Origin: Promethearchaeati archaeon
GTDB lineage: Archaea; Asgardarchaeota; Atabeyarchaeia; Atabeyarchaeales; Atabeyarchaeaceae
DNA: 64,000 bases
Reading direction: 5' to 3'
Assembly (NCBI GenBank): GCA_019058495.1
Contig: JAHPYV010000002.1
Location: forward strand, 3,143-67,142
A model generated the notes under the pieces. It was not told the DNA's origin. It worked only from the letters and a program-made list of their open reading frames with translations, and did no database searches. Shown here piece by piece: positions 55,301 to 64,000 of this stretch. A program made the translations under genes and the position numbers. The first letter of the stretch is position 1. Every line of letters starts with the position of its first letter.

Positions 55301-57259
55301 CTATTGACTAGGTTTCTCTTCTAACAGAGCCTCTATTTGAGCAAGGATCTGTGAGTCTTTGAAGTGGTTCTGAGTTATTGATCCACTTGGGCAGGTTGCG
55401 ACACAGCATCCGCATCCCTTGCACAAAACGTTGTTTATCTTCGCTTTTCCATCTTCTATCGATATTGCACCAAATGGACACATCGCAATGCACGATAGAC
55501 ATCCGCTACACTTGTCTGAATTGACGATACTGTAGAACGGCTCAACTTCAACTTTGCCTTTGGACATGAGCGAAGCTGCACCTGAGGCAGCTCCTTTTGC
55601 CTGAGCAACCGCGTCAGGTATGTCCTTCGGTCCCTGCACGGCTCCAGCTATGAAAATCCCATCAGTAAGGGTGTCAACTGGTCTGAGCTTAGGATGAGCC
55701 TCTAGATAGAAGCCATCAGCGCTACGCGAAATTTTGAGTAAATGTTGAACTTCCTCTATATCCTGTCTCGGTACCAGTCCTACGCTGAGCACAACGAGGT
55801 CAGCTTCAACTTCGATTGGTCTTCCAAGCTCAGTGCTTTCAGACCTCACGATCAAGTTCTTTGTCATGGGATCCTCTAGAACTTCAGCTGCTCTACCCCG
55901 AATATAGTTTATACCATACTCCCTTTGCGCGCGCTCGTAGAATTCTTCGTAACCCTTTCCAAATGCACGAACATCCATGTAGAGTACGTAGATATTGGTA
56001 TCCGGGTGGTGCTCTTTGAGTTGCCTAGCATGTTTTGTTGCGTACATGCAGCAAACCCTTGAGCAGTAAGTGTTCTTTCTGAAGTTCCTTGACCCGACGC
56101 ATTGAATGAAGGCTACCGTCTTAGGCACTTTGAGGTCTGAGGGTCTAACAACCTCGCCGCCGGTAGCTCCGAATGCACTAAGCATTCTTTCTACCTGCAT
56201 GCCTGTCACGACATTCTCGTATGTGCCGTATCCATATTCTCCGGTGGGGTCGTATGGGTCGTAGCCTGTTGTGGCTATGATCGTTCCAACCTCGACTTCT
56301 TCTTCGGTAGGTTGCTGATTGAAGTCGATAGCCTCAGGTTCACAGGCCTTGACACAGAGCTTGCATTTCACGCATTTGTCCATGTCAATGGTGTACTTGT
56401 TTGGAACCGCTTGCGGAAAAGGCATGTATATTGCTCTTCTGGGTTTCAGTCCCAACTCGAATTCGTTAGGAACGTAGATGGGGCACACTTCCTCGCATTT
56501 GCCGCATCCATTGCACTTTGATTCAATAACATATCTTGGCTTCTTTACTATCTTAGCCTTGAAGTTTCCAACATAGCCTTCTATACTTTTGACCTCTGAA
56601 TAGGCGTGGAGCTTTATGTTTGGATGTCTTCCGACATCCGTCATCTTGGGCGTAAGTATACATGCTGAGCAGTCCATAGTTGGGAAAGTTTTGTCAAGTT
56701 GGATCATACGCCCGCCGATGGTGGTATTCTTCTCAACTAGATGAACCTCGAAGCCAGCCTCAGCCAAATCAAGAGCCGCTGAGATTCCGGATATTCCTCC
56801 GCCAATTATTAGACAGCTCTTCTTAACAGGAACTTCGATGATTTCAAGAGGCTCTATTTTTGACGCCTTGGCCACGGCAGATCGTACGAGGTCTTTCGCT
56901 ATTTCATAGGCTTTCTCAGGTTCATGCATGTGGCACCATGTGTCATGCTCTCTGATGTTAGCCTGTTCAAATAAGTATGGATTGATACCTGCTCCTCTGA
57001 TGGCATTTCTAAAAGTGGGCTCATGCATAAGAGGACTACAGGCAGATACAACTACACGGTTCAACTTGTGTTCTTTGATGTCAGTCTTTATCATTTCTTG
57101 ACCAGGGTCGCTACACATGAACCTGTAATCCTTAGCTAGCACAACGTTGGGCAGTGTTGATGCATAATCAGCAAGTCCCTTGACGTTTACAACGCCAGCG
57201 ATATTCGTTCCGCAATGGCAAACGTAAACTCCAATTCGAAGCTCGGACTCGTCTGACAT
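55301..57259 (-). CDS. hdrA: heterodisulfide reductase subunit A (FAD, multiple 4Fe-4S)
   Basis: 652 aa. IIGGGISGISAALDLA FAD motif. Ferredoxin motifs CNGCGKCEEVCP, CVKCKLCVKACE, CSGCLSCIAMCP and CKGCGCCVATCP. Confidence 0.9.
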   Translation of the reverse strand: MSDESELRIGVYVCHCGTNIAGVVNVKGLADYASTLPNVVLAKDYRFMCSDPGQEMIKTDIKEHKLNRVVVSACSPLMHEPTFRNAIRGAGINPYLFEQANIREHDTWCHMHEPEKAYEIAKDLVRSAVAKASKIEPLEIIEVPVKKSCLIIGGGISGISAALDLAEAGFEVHLVEKNTTIGGRMIQLDKTFPTMDCSACILTPKMTDVGRHPNIKLHAYSEVKSIEGYVGNFKAKIVKKPRYVIESKCNGCGKCEEVCPIYVPNEFELGLKPRRAIYMPFPQAVPNKYTIDMDKCVKCKLCVKACEPEAIDFNQQPTEEEVEVGTIIATTGYDPYDPTGEYGYGTYENVVTGMQVERMLSAFGATGGEVVRPSDLKVPKTVAFIQCVGSRNFRKNTYCSRVCCMYATKHARQLKEHHPDTNIYVLYMDVRAFGKGYEEFYERAQREYGINYIRGRAAEVLEDPMTKNLIVRSESTELGRPIEVEADLVVLSVGLVPRQDIEEVQHLLKISRSADGFYLEAHPKLRPVDTLTDGIFIAGAVQGPKDIPDAVAQAKGAASGAASLMSKGKVEVEPFYSIVNSDKCSGCLSCIAMCPFGAISIEDGKAKINNVLCKGCGCCVATCPSGSITQNHFKDSQILAQIEALLEEKPSQ

Positions 57260-57343
57260 AGATGATAACCCACCATATTAGTCGTGTTCAATAATCGAGT
57301 CTGTTAATATGACAACGTCTTCATGTTAACCGTCACTGATCAT

Positions 57344-57354
57344 TTATATATTTT
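57344..57354 (-). promoter_or_regulatory. TATA box upstream of hdrA-mvhDGA-vhuU
   Basis: Minus strand AAAATATATAA ~90 nt upstream of hdrA ATG 57259, inside the only large spacer of the hdr/mvh cluster. Confidence 0.4.
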
Positions 57355-57545
57355 CATGTTCAACCTCAGTGTTCAAACAATCGGTACTATGAGCAGTTCC
57401 TAGTTCCACCCATTCGGATTGCTCATACTTCATTGTCTGTCTGGCACGTCACCTAAACATGTTTTGGAATAGACAACCACTTTTACGTTTCCTGCAGAGA
57501 AGAAGAATTGGTAATCAATTGAGCCCATCGGCGCTTAAAGCTAAC

Positions 57546-58424
57546 TCAAGAGACCTTCTCAAGTAGGCCATTTGTCTTGATTTTGTGTAAGTTCAGTCCT
57601 AGTTCATCAGAGTTCATTCCGAATGCTATTCCAATCAACTCAGGCAAGTAAAGCACCGGCAGATTGAAGTCCGCTTTCTTTGATCCTCTGAGTTCAATTT
57701 GGCCAGTATCAAATTGTAGGAAGCAGGTTGGGCAGACCACCACAAGGCAATCCGCAGAGGATCGCGCGGCTTGGGCAATCTTCTCACAAGTCAGATCCAG
57801 TGATTGATCTTTGCTCATGCCTCTTACTGGAGCGCCACAGCAAAGCATTTTCTTCAAGTATGGCACGCTATGTGCACCGGTAGATTCAACCAATTCATCC
57901 AAGATTCGTGGTTCTTCTGGATCGTCGACCTTGAGAATGGAGCTTGGTCTAAGAACGTGGCAACCGTAATGAGTAGCGACTTTTATTCCACTTAAATCAG
58001 TCATTACATTCTCTCTGATTCTCTTGGATCCGACTTCGTTATGCAGGATTTCAATTAAATGCTTAACCTTAACTGTTCCATTGTAACTCCTGCCCACCCT
58101 GCTTAGAATAGCATTCACTTTCTCTCTGAGCTTTGTATCCTTTCTCAGAGTTTCATTAACGGTTTTCAGGGTTTCGAAGCAACCATTACACAGAGTAAGT
58201 ACGTCCAAGTTCATGTCTTCAGCTATCGTTAGGTTTCTGGCCCCCAGCGACAGCCATGTAGCGTGGTCAAGGGACTGGATTGCCTCAGGGTCCGGACAAC
58301 AGCTTGCTCCTTCCATATCAACTAGCTTAACATCAAGTGCGCCCAGCACCCTTCTCGCTGAAGCCTCCAAGTTTGGCAGCCTGAGAGGAATCATACAGCC
58401 AAGGAACAGCGCGTACTCTGTCAT
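57546..58424 (-). CDS. hdrB: heterodisulfide reductase subunit B
   Basis: Two CCG-domain signatures (GASCCPDP, KMLCCGAP). Overlaps hdrC by 4 nt. Confidence 0.88.
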   Translation of the reverse strand: MTEYALFLGCMIPLRLPNLEASARRVLGALDVKLVDMEGASCCPDPEAIQSLDHATWLSLGARNLTIAEDMNLDVLTLCNGCFETLKTVNETLRKDTKLREKVNAILSRVGRSYNGTVKVKHLIEILHNEVGSKRIRENVMTDLSGIKVATHYGCHVLRPSSILKVDDPEEPRILDELVESTGAHSVPYLKKMLCCGAPVRGMSKDQSLDLTCEKIAQAARSSADCLVVVCPTCFLQFDTGQIELRGSKKADFNLPVLYLPELIGIAFGMNSDELGLNLHKIKTNGLLEKVS

Positions 58425-58870
58425 CCCTGAATTCGCCTCTCTCTGCGCTCATTGAGTAGCTTATCTAAACCCATCAATCCGATTATGATTCGCACTTCCT
58501 CCACATTGGCGGAAGGCGCAGCGGGAAGACCTAGCGCCTCTCTTCGCTTGCTAATGGCTGGCATCAAGGGAATCGACCAACCCGTGAGACATATCTGCTC
58601 CAGCTCGTCTCTCATGTACTCCTTTACGTCTCCTTCTTGTGTTGCCTTATTCCTCAGGGCTACGATTACATGTGACGGCTTGACTTCTTGGGGGCATCGT
58701 TCAACGCATGAATGGCAAAGCAGACAAAACCATATGCTTGAACTTGGGATCTTATCTTCCCTTTTCAAAAGAAATCTGTGAACTATTCTTCTAGGATTGA
58801 ACTCGGGGTTTCTTTTAGCGATGGGGCATCCGCCAGTGCAGCTACCGCATTGATAACAGGGTTTCGCCAA
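58421..58870 (-). CDS. hdrC: heterodisulfide reductase subunit C
   Basis: CYQCGSCTGGCP and CLLCHSCVERCP. The TTG start leaves only 4 residues before the first Cys, so the N-terminus is uncertain (see findings). Confidence 0.8.
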   Translation of the reverse strand: MAKPCYQCGSCTGGCPIAKRNPEFNPRRIVHRFLLKREDKIPSSSIWFCLLCHSCVERCPQEVKPSHVIVALRNKATQEGDVKEYMRDELEQICLTGWSIPLMPAISKRREALGLPAAPSANVEEVRIIIGLMGLDKLLNERRERRIQG

Positions 58871-58996
58871 TCGCTCGGTTTCGGCTTTAAGAACATCGTC
58901 TTCGATGCCGAATCGCTCAGGAAGTTGCTTGGAATCTGCGCCTGCATCTGGTTGTTGCGTGACACTTCACCCTCGGTTTTCAAACACAGTCATTCA

Positions 58997-59794
58997 TTAG
59001 CTAAGTAGAGTCTCCTCTTGTAGAATCGCTCTGACTGCTTGAAAAGCCTTTGAGTCCTCAGGTAGTTCAAGCAATGAACGCCCGTCCATATTGTATTTTG
59101 CAACCATATCGTCGCTTGGCACAGCCCCACCATATGTCGCTCCTACTTCCTCAGCCTTGGTCCTAACAACCTCTCCAACTTCATCAGTCAGGCGGTTGCC
59201 TACGAAAACAATCTTCTCAATCTTACCCTCAATCTTCTCAGTAAACCTCTTTATTCTCGCAGCTGTCTCCAACCCCATCTTTGAAGAATCAGTAAGGACA
59301 TACATGAGGTCCACATCGCGGGAGGTTCTCCTAGTTACATGTTCCAATCCAGCCGGTAGATCCATAAGTACCAGGCGGTAATTCTTTGACAATGTATCGA
59401 CTATGTTCGCTAACATAGTGTTGGGCATACAGAAACAACCTTGCTTCTCGACAGCTCCCATGACAAGAAGATCGAACTGCTCACCCTCATTCAGCAAACC
59501 GAATATTTCTGTCTCAAGAAAAGCATCTTTACTGAAGTCTTTAGGGAGACTATCACTATCAATCTTGTCCCGCATCTCATGAACAGCCATAGCTACAGTT
59601 CCTTTGACTTTTGCGTTGAGAACTTCAGGCATGTTAGCGTCAGGATCAGCGTCGACCACTAAGATATTGTCAACTCCGTTGAATAGAAAAGACTTCAGCA
59701 CCAACGCCATGAATGATGTCTTACCAACGCCACCTTTCCCAGATGACGCTATAGTAATGCCGTTCCTTAAGATGTTCACCTTCCAGAAGGTCAC
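58997..59794 (-). CDS. cooC: CooC/AcsF-type Ni-insertion accessory ATPase
   Basis: SSGKGGVGKTS Walker A, VVDADPDAN and the CxC metal motif GCFCMPN. Confidence 0.8.
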   Translation of the reverse strand: MTFWKVNILRNGITIASSGKGGVGKTSFMALVLKSFLFNGVDNILVVDADPDANMPEVLNAKVKGTVAMAVHEMRDKIDSDSLPKDFSKDAFLETEIFGLLNEGEQFDLLVMGAVEKQGCFCMPNTMLANIVDTLSKNYRLVLMDLPAGLEHVTRRTSRDVDLMYVLTDSSKMGLETAARIKRFTEKIEGKIEKIVFVGNRLTDEVGEVVRTKAEEVGATYGGAVPSDDMVAKYNMDGRSLLELPEDSKAFQAVRAILQEETLLS

Positions 59795-60617
59795 ACTCGC
59801 TTAATAACTTGCTAATGACCAAATTAACGGATCGAATTCTTTTAAACATAATCCTCATTGCAATCACACGCACACATAAACATGTTATTTCAGAATAACT
59901 ACGTGTTGCATTCATTTCCCCTGATCTTTGAAGGACAACATCAGTCCGAGCTTCCCGTTGCCAGTTCCTAGCCTTATTTACGGGATCTATGTCAAGGCGA
60001 GATGATTTAGCTTCCTTGAATTCGGAGATAGCTCTTTAACTGCAGGCAGCACACAACTTAGCCCGATCTCAACTGGAAAGGAGGTGTCAAGGGAATGGCC
60101 AATCGAACTTGGTATATAGTATTCGGCTTTATGGTGTACATTGCATTTTCGGTACTCTACATAGACAGAGCCAGAAGTTTTATGGGTGTCTTCAGGCATC
60201 AGCGTGATGGTTTGTTGAGGGTGTCACAGGGGACGAGATATACAAGAAACTTGAGGGAACTCACCTGATACATTTGCCAATCAAGATTCCGGATGAAGAA
60301 CAAGGAAAAAAGCGGCGCAAAGGCGCAAAGCCGAAGGAGAGAAGAACTCTACAAAAAACACCAACACGAATTTGGCTTATTCTCAATGCGTTTATAGACA
60401 TAGGCTTGCTTTGTTGACCTAAAATGTCTTCATCCAATTCCTTCCATTCACAACATAGAGAATCGTTCGAGTCAGAACATACATGATATCCCGTTTCCCC
60501 TTTTTTTCTAAAGCGATCAAGTCTCATGTAAAGACTCATTAATGAATTAAGAATCTAATACCAGTGTAAACGAAATTTCAATACCACCGACTATATGATC
60601 AAGTCAGGAGTACCAAT

Positions 60618-61922
60618 TTGGTGATTTGCCCATTGAAAGCAGTAGTTATGGCTGCTGGGGAAGGCGTTCGGTTACAGCCTCTAAGTCTTACGCGACCCAA
60701 AGTAATGCTCCCAGTCGCTGGTAAACCGATCCTCCAGACTATTGTAGAATCGTTAAGAGCAGCTGGAATCCATGACATCTGTATGATTGTCGGTTATCAG
60801 CAGGAAAGAATAACAGAGTACTTTGGCGACGGTTCAAGATTCGGCATCAACCTCAAATACATAGAGCAGAAGAAAGCTAGAGGCACGGGGGACGCGGTAT
60901 CCCTAGCGAAGGATTTCGTGGACGGGGGGAATTTCGTACTGTCCAATGGCGACGTTCTAGTTAGACGTGATGAGTATGGAAAGCTAGTCAAACGTCACTC
61001 TGTTGAATCTCCTGATGTCACGATGGCTGTATTTCATGTGGATGACCCATCTCAGTTTGGAATAGCAGAGTCGACGGACGAAGGCGATGTCACAAAGATC
61101 ATTGAAAAACCTGCTCCAGGTGAAACGAGAAGCAACTTAGCGAACTGCGGGATCTATGGTCTCTCGAGCAAGATATTCGACGCAATAGAGAAGACTGAAG
61201 AATCAAGCAGGGGAGAATACGAGATCACTCAGTCAATCCAATATCTTATGGACCATGAGAATGGACGAGTCATAACGAGTAGAGTCAAGGATTGGTGGAT
61301 ACACATAGGCAAACCATGGGACTTGTTGGAGGCAAATGAGATACTGTTGAAAGAGCATTCGGATGAATATGTTGTTGAAGGCGAAGTTGAGAACTCGGTG
61401 ACGATAAAAACGCCAGTAAAGCTGGGCAAGGGTTCGATTCTACGGGCAGGTACTTACATTGAGGGACCTGCAATTGTCGGTGAAAACTGTGACATTGGAC
61501 CCAACGTCTATATCCGTCCCTTTACATCAATTGGAGACAAATGCCGAGTAGGCAATGCTTGTGAAATAAAGAACAGCATAATCATGCGTAACACTCGCAT
61601 CCCACACCTTTCCTACGTTGGTGATAGTATCATTGGAGAAAACGTCAATTTCGGAGCTGGCACGATAATAGCCAACCTCCGACTCGACGAGAAGCCCATC
61701 TACGTGACAGTCAAAGGCCAGCGTGTCAACAGCGAAAGAAAGAAACTTGGAGCTCTGGTTGGAGACAACGTTAGGACTGGGATAGGCGTCACTATAATGC
61801 CTGGTGTCACCATTGGCCCTGACAGTGCAATAGGTGCGAACCTCACTGTAGATTCCGACGTTCCAAGGAATACCTTCGTATATTCGAAAGGTGAAACTGC
61901 AAACAGGAACTGGGAACCCTAG
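60618..61922 (+). CDS. bifunctional sugar-1-phosphate nucleotidyltransferase / left-handed beta-helix acetyltransferase (GlmU-like)
   Basis: AAGEGVRLQPLSLTRPKVMLPVAGKP nucleotidyltransferase motif. C-terminal hexapeptide repeats (IGENV.FGAGT, VGDNVRTGIGV, IGPDSAIGAN). Confidence 0.82.
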   Translation: MVICPLKAVVMAAGEGVRLQPLSLTRPKVMLPVAGKPILQTIVESLRAAGIHDICMIVGYQQERITEYFGDGSRFGINLKYIEQKKARGTGDAVSLAKDFVDGGNFVLSNGDVLVRRDEYGKLVKRHSVESPDVTMAVFHVDDPSQFGIAESTDEGDVTKIIEKPAPGETRSNLANCGIYGLSSKIFDAIEKTEESSRGEYEITQSIQYLMDHENGRVITSRVKDWWIHIGKPWDLLEANEILLKEHSDEYVVEGEVENSVTIKTPVKLGKGSILRAGTYIEGPAIVGENCDIGPNVYIRPFTSIGDKCRVGNACEIKNSIIMRNTRIPHLSYVGDSIIGENVNFGAGTIIANLRLDEKPIYVTVKGQRVNSERKKLGALVGDNVRTGIGVTIMPGVTIGPDSAIGANLTVDSDVPRNTFVYSKGETANRNWEP

Positions 61923-61938
61923 CACGGCGATTCGGCGC

Positions 61939-62508
61939 TCAACTTTGGCTTGGACGCTTCTTCTCCAAGTAGTCTTCCAGTCTAATCATTTCCTCTCCTG
62001 GGATTCTTATTCTCTCGAAGCTCCCCTTGGGTTTGGACAAACATGTTGCTGCATCAATTCCCATCTTCATCGTTATCAAACTGATCTGGTCAGCTGAAGG
62101 GTTCAGACTTGACCCCTTGGCATTTGGAATTACTATCAGCCCTTTGTCTCCCTGAAACCTTGTTGCTATAGCATACTCCACGTCAGACGGATCATCCGCA
62201 TTGATATCATCATCAACTGCTATAGCCAATTTGAGAGATGGACGTGCTGCAAGTGCAGCTATGATTGCGTTTTTACCGTCTCCCTCTCTCTGTTTCTTCA
62301 AGGACAGCACACAGTGAAGCCAATTGCAGCTTCCCTTGGTTAGCGCGACTCTCTTAAGGTTCGGAATGGTGTTTCTAACCTCCTCCCAGATCTTCACCTC
62401 AAAGGGCATCCCCTGCAACAACCTATGTTCAGATCCCCCAGGAAGCAAAGCTTCATACACATAATCTACTACAATCATAGCTACATCGAGACTGTGACCT
62501 GGGGACAC
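61939..62508 (-). CDS. UbiD-family decarboxylase, C-terminal fragment only
   Basis: 189 aa matching only the C-terminal third or half of UbiD enzymes (LKLAIAVDDDINADDPSDVEYAIATRFQ). No N-terminal part in the 164-nt upstream spacer. Confidence 0.5.
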   Translation of the reverse strand: MSPGHSLDVAMIVVDYVYEALLPGGSEHRLLQGMPFEVKIWEEVRNTIPNLKRVALTKGSCNWLHCVLSLKKQREGDGKNAIIAALAARPSLKLAIAVDDDINADDPSDVEYAIATRFQGDKGLIVIPNAKGSSLNPSADQISLITMKMGIDAATCLSKPKGSFERIRIPGEEMIRLEDYLEKKRPSQS

Positions 62509-62672
62509 TCAGTCCATGAGTTCCACTGCAATTTATAAATAGCATCAACGACTTTAATTTATTCGTCGGTTACGACACTTGCTTAGGGGGGTATTGTGGG
62601 CGCGTCATTTCGTTGACTGATTCTACGGTTCAGAAAGGATGAAGCTCGGGACGTTAGGGACGTGATGAACGC

Positions 62673-63353
62673 TTGGGTAAGAAAGCCATTATCTTGAAGG
62701 ACGTTTCAAGAGTATACTATCTTGGCAAGCAAAAGATCGTAGCCCTAAGCGACATTGATATAGAAATCGCCGAAGCTGAGTTCGCTGTGATTCAAGGACC
62801 ATCAGGAGCAGGCAAAAGCACCATGCTCAACATCATCGCTGGTCTCGACGTTCCAACAACGGGCGCAGTGACCGTGCTGGGGACAAGAGTCGACGACTCT
62901 ACAGAGGACTTTCTGTCATGCTTCCGATGTGCCAATATAGGCTTCGTATTCCAGCAGTACAACCTGGTTTCGACTTTTACAGCGATCGAAAACATTGAAT
63001 TCCCGATTGAACTCAACGAGTCGAACACCAAAAAAGCCGCGAAATTGGCAAATAGCCTTCTCAAAGAAGTTGGCTTATCAAACAGAGCACTTCACTTCCC
63101 AGCACAACTAAGCGGAGGTGAACAACAACGCCTCGCGTTCGCTAGAGCGCTCGCTAATGATCCTCCCATCCTCCTAGCCGATGAGCCGACAGGAAATTTG
63201 GATAGAATATCAGAACGAAAGATCATAGAAATCCTGAATGAGCTGAAAGATCGGCGAAAGACGATTGTTGTCGCGACGCATGACGAGAACATTCTAAGGC
63301 TAGCTGACCGCGTTTTCAATCTTGTGGATGGGAGGATAGAGAATGCCCGTTAG
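62673..63353 (+). CDS. ABC transporter ATP-binding protein (MacB/LolD-like)
   Basis: Walker A GPSGAGKST, signature LSGGEQQR, Walker B ILLADEPT. TTG start. Confidence 0.9.
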   Translation: MGKKAIILKDVSRVYYLGKQKIVALSDIDIEIAEAEFAVIQGPSGAGKSTMLNIIAGLDVPTTGAVTVLGTRVDDSTEDFLSCFRCANIGFVFQQYNLVSTFTAIENIEFPIELNESNTKKAAKLANSLLKEVGLSNRALHFPAQLSGGEQQRLAFARALANDPPILLADEPTGNLDRISERKIIEILNELKDRRKTIVVATHDENILRLADRVFNLVDGRIENAR

Positions 63354-64000
63354 TTCTTTGAGAGATCTTTGGCGTTCGAAGAATCGCTACTTCTCCAGCA
63401 TAATGGGGGCTGTAACTTCCTTCTCTGCGACCACTTTTACGATGATGTTAGGAGCTTCTTTAGGAGTAAACATTGAGGTAAATACGTTAACTGGAGCATC
63501 CCCCGGGTTCAGAAGTATATTTTCTACTTTCATATTCTTAGCGACGATATTCTCTGTCGTTCTCTCTATAATCACTTTCACAAATTTATCTGCAACAATA
63601 ATGAATAACCGAGCCAGGGATATCGCGATTTTGAAAACATCTGGAGGCAGTATCCACAGAATCTATTCTCACTTCATGACGCAGGTTATCCAACTTTCAT
63701 TCCTAACTGGTGGGCTAAGTATATTTGTAGGCATCTTAATTTACGCTGCAGCTTTCCTAATCTTGGGTTTCGCATCTGGATTCAGCTTACAATTCTTTAT
63801 ACCTTGGCCTGAATTGCTCGAGGCGCTTGCAATACTTGTCGCATTCAGTGTGATATTCAGTCACAGACACATTGCTAAAGCAACGAGGGTGCCAGTCGCA
63901 GAAACTTTCTCTCCCAGAATCCGAGACACTTCTCTTTTGATGTCTGAAGGATGGTTTGAGAGAAGAATCAGCAAACCTGGATCGCCACTAAGAATAGCGT
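63343..64000 (+). CDS. FtsX-like ABC transporter permease (partial, runs off the window)
   Basis: My own translation from ATG 63343, which overlaps the ATPase gene end. RARDIAILKTSGG motif and hydrophobic helices. No stop before 64000. Confidence 0.7.
   Translation, partial: MPVSSLRDLWRSKNRYFSSIMGAVTSFSATTFTMMLGASLGVNIEVNTLTGASPGFRSIFSTFIFLATIFSVVLSIITFTNLSATIMNNRARDIAILKTSGGSIHRIYSHFMTQVIQLSFLTGGLSIFVGILIYAAAFLILGFASGFSLQFFIPWPELLEALAILVAFSVIFSHRHIAKATRVPVAETFSPRIRDTSLLMSEGWFERRISKPGSPLRIA

Overview
This 64-kb window looks like an anaerobic archaeon, most likely an Asgard (Lokiarchaeia-like) genome. GC content is about 45%, promoters have archaeal TATA boxes, and genes are densely packed in operons. 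I found no rRNA, tRNA, CRISPR array, transposase or integrase.

Gene content in order:
- 0.1-8.6 kb: a metallocofactor-handling island with Mrp/NBP35, two MinD-like 4Fe-4S ATPases, four NifX-like domains, a radical SAM protein, a CDF transporter fused to NifX, DUF134 and a DUF5320-like protein.
- 9.7-17.5 kb: the archaeal CODH/ACS genes cdhAB and cdhCDE.
- 18.5-21.8 kb: split methylmalonyl-CoA mutase plus MeaB.
- 21.9-36.8 kb: housekeeping genes and eukaryotic-signature-type genes. These include a profilin-like protein, a frameshifted ATP-dependent DNA ligase, proteasome beta, PAC2, MoaA, GGGP synthase, Tmk, Roadblock/LC7, MetAP2 and TldD/PmbA.
- 37.2-44.4 kb: a C1 island with two convergent metV-metF pairs, a third degenerate MetF-like gene, Lrp and a bona fide Mer.
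- 44.4-48.8 kb: iorAB and the ADP-forming acetyl-CoA synthetase alpha subunit.
- 48.8-50.9 kb: two paralogous nucleotidyltransferase-OB-fold genes.
- 52.3-59.8 kb: cooC-hdrCB and hdrA-mvhDGA.
- 60.6-64.0 kb: a GlmU-like gene, a UbiD fragment and an ABC transporter.

The most notable result is absent from the ORF track. MvhA lacks its C-terminal nickel-ligand motif. That motif sits on a separate 49-codon ORF with an in-frame UGA (...YDC-U-LSCAAH), in other words a VhuU-like selenopeptide. A eukaryote-type SECIS-like structure (AUGA / AAA / GA core with helices I-III) overlaps its stop codon.

Other points of interest are a tandem duplication of the CdhE C-terminal domain, the CDF-NifX fusion, the ligase frameshift in an A-run, and several ORF-poor, hairpin-rich spacers.
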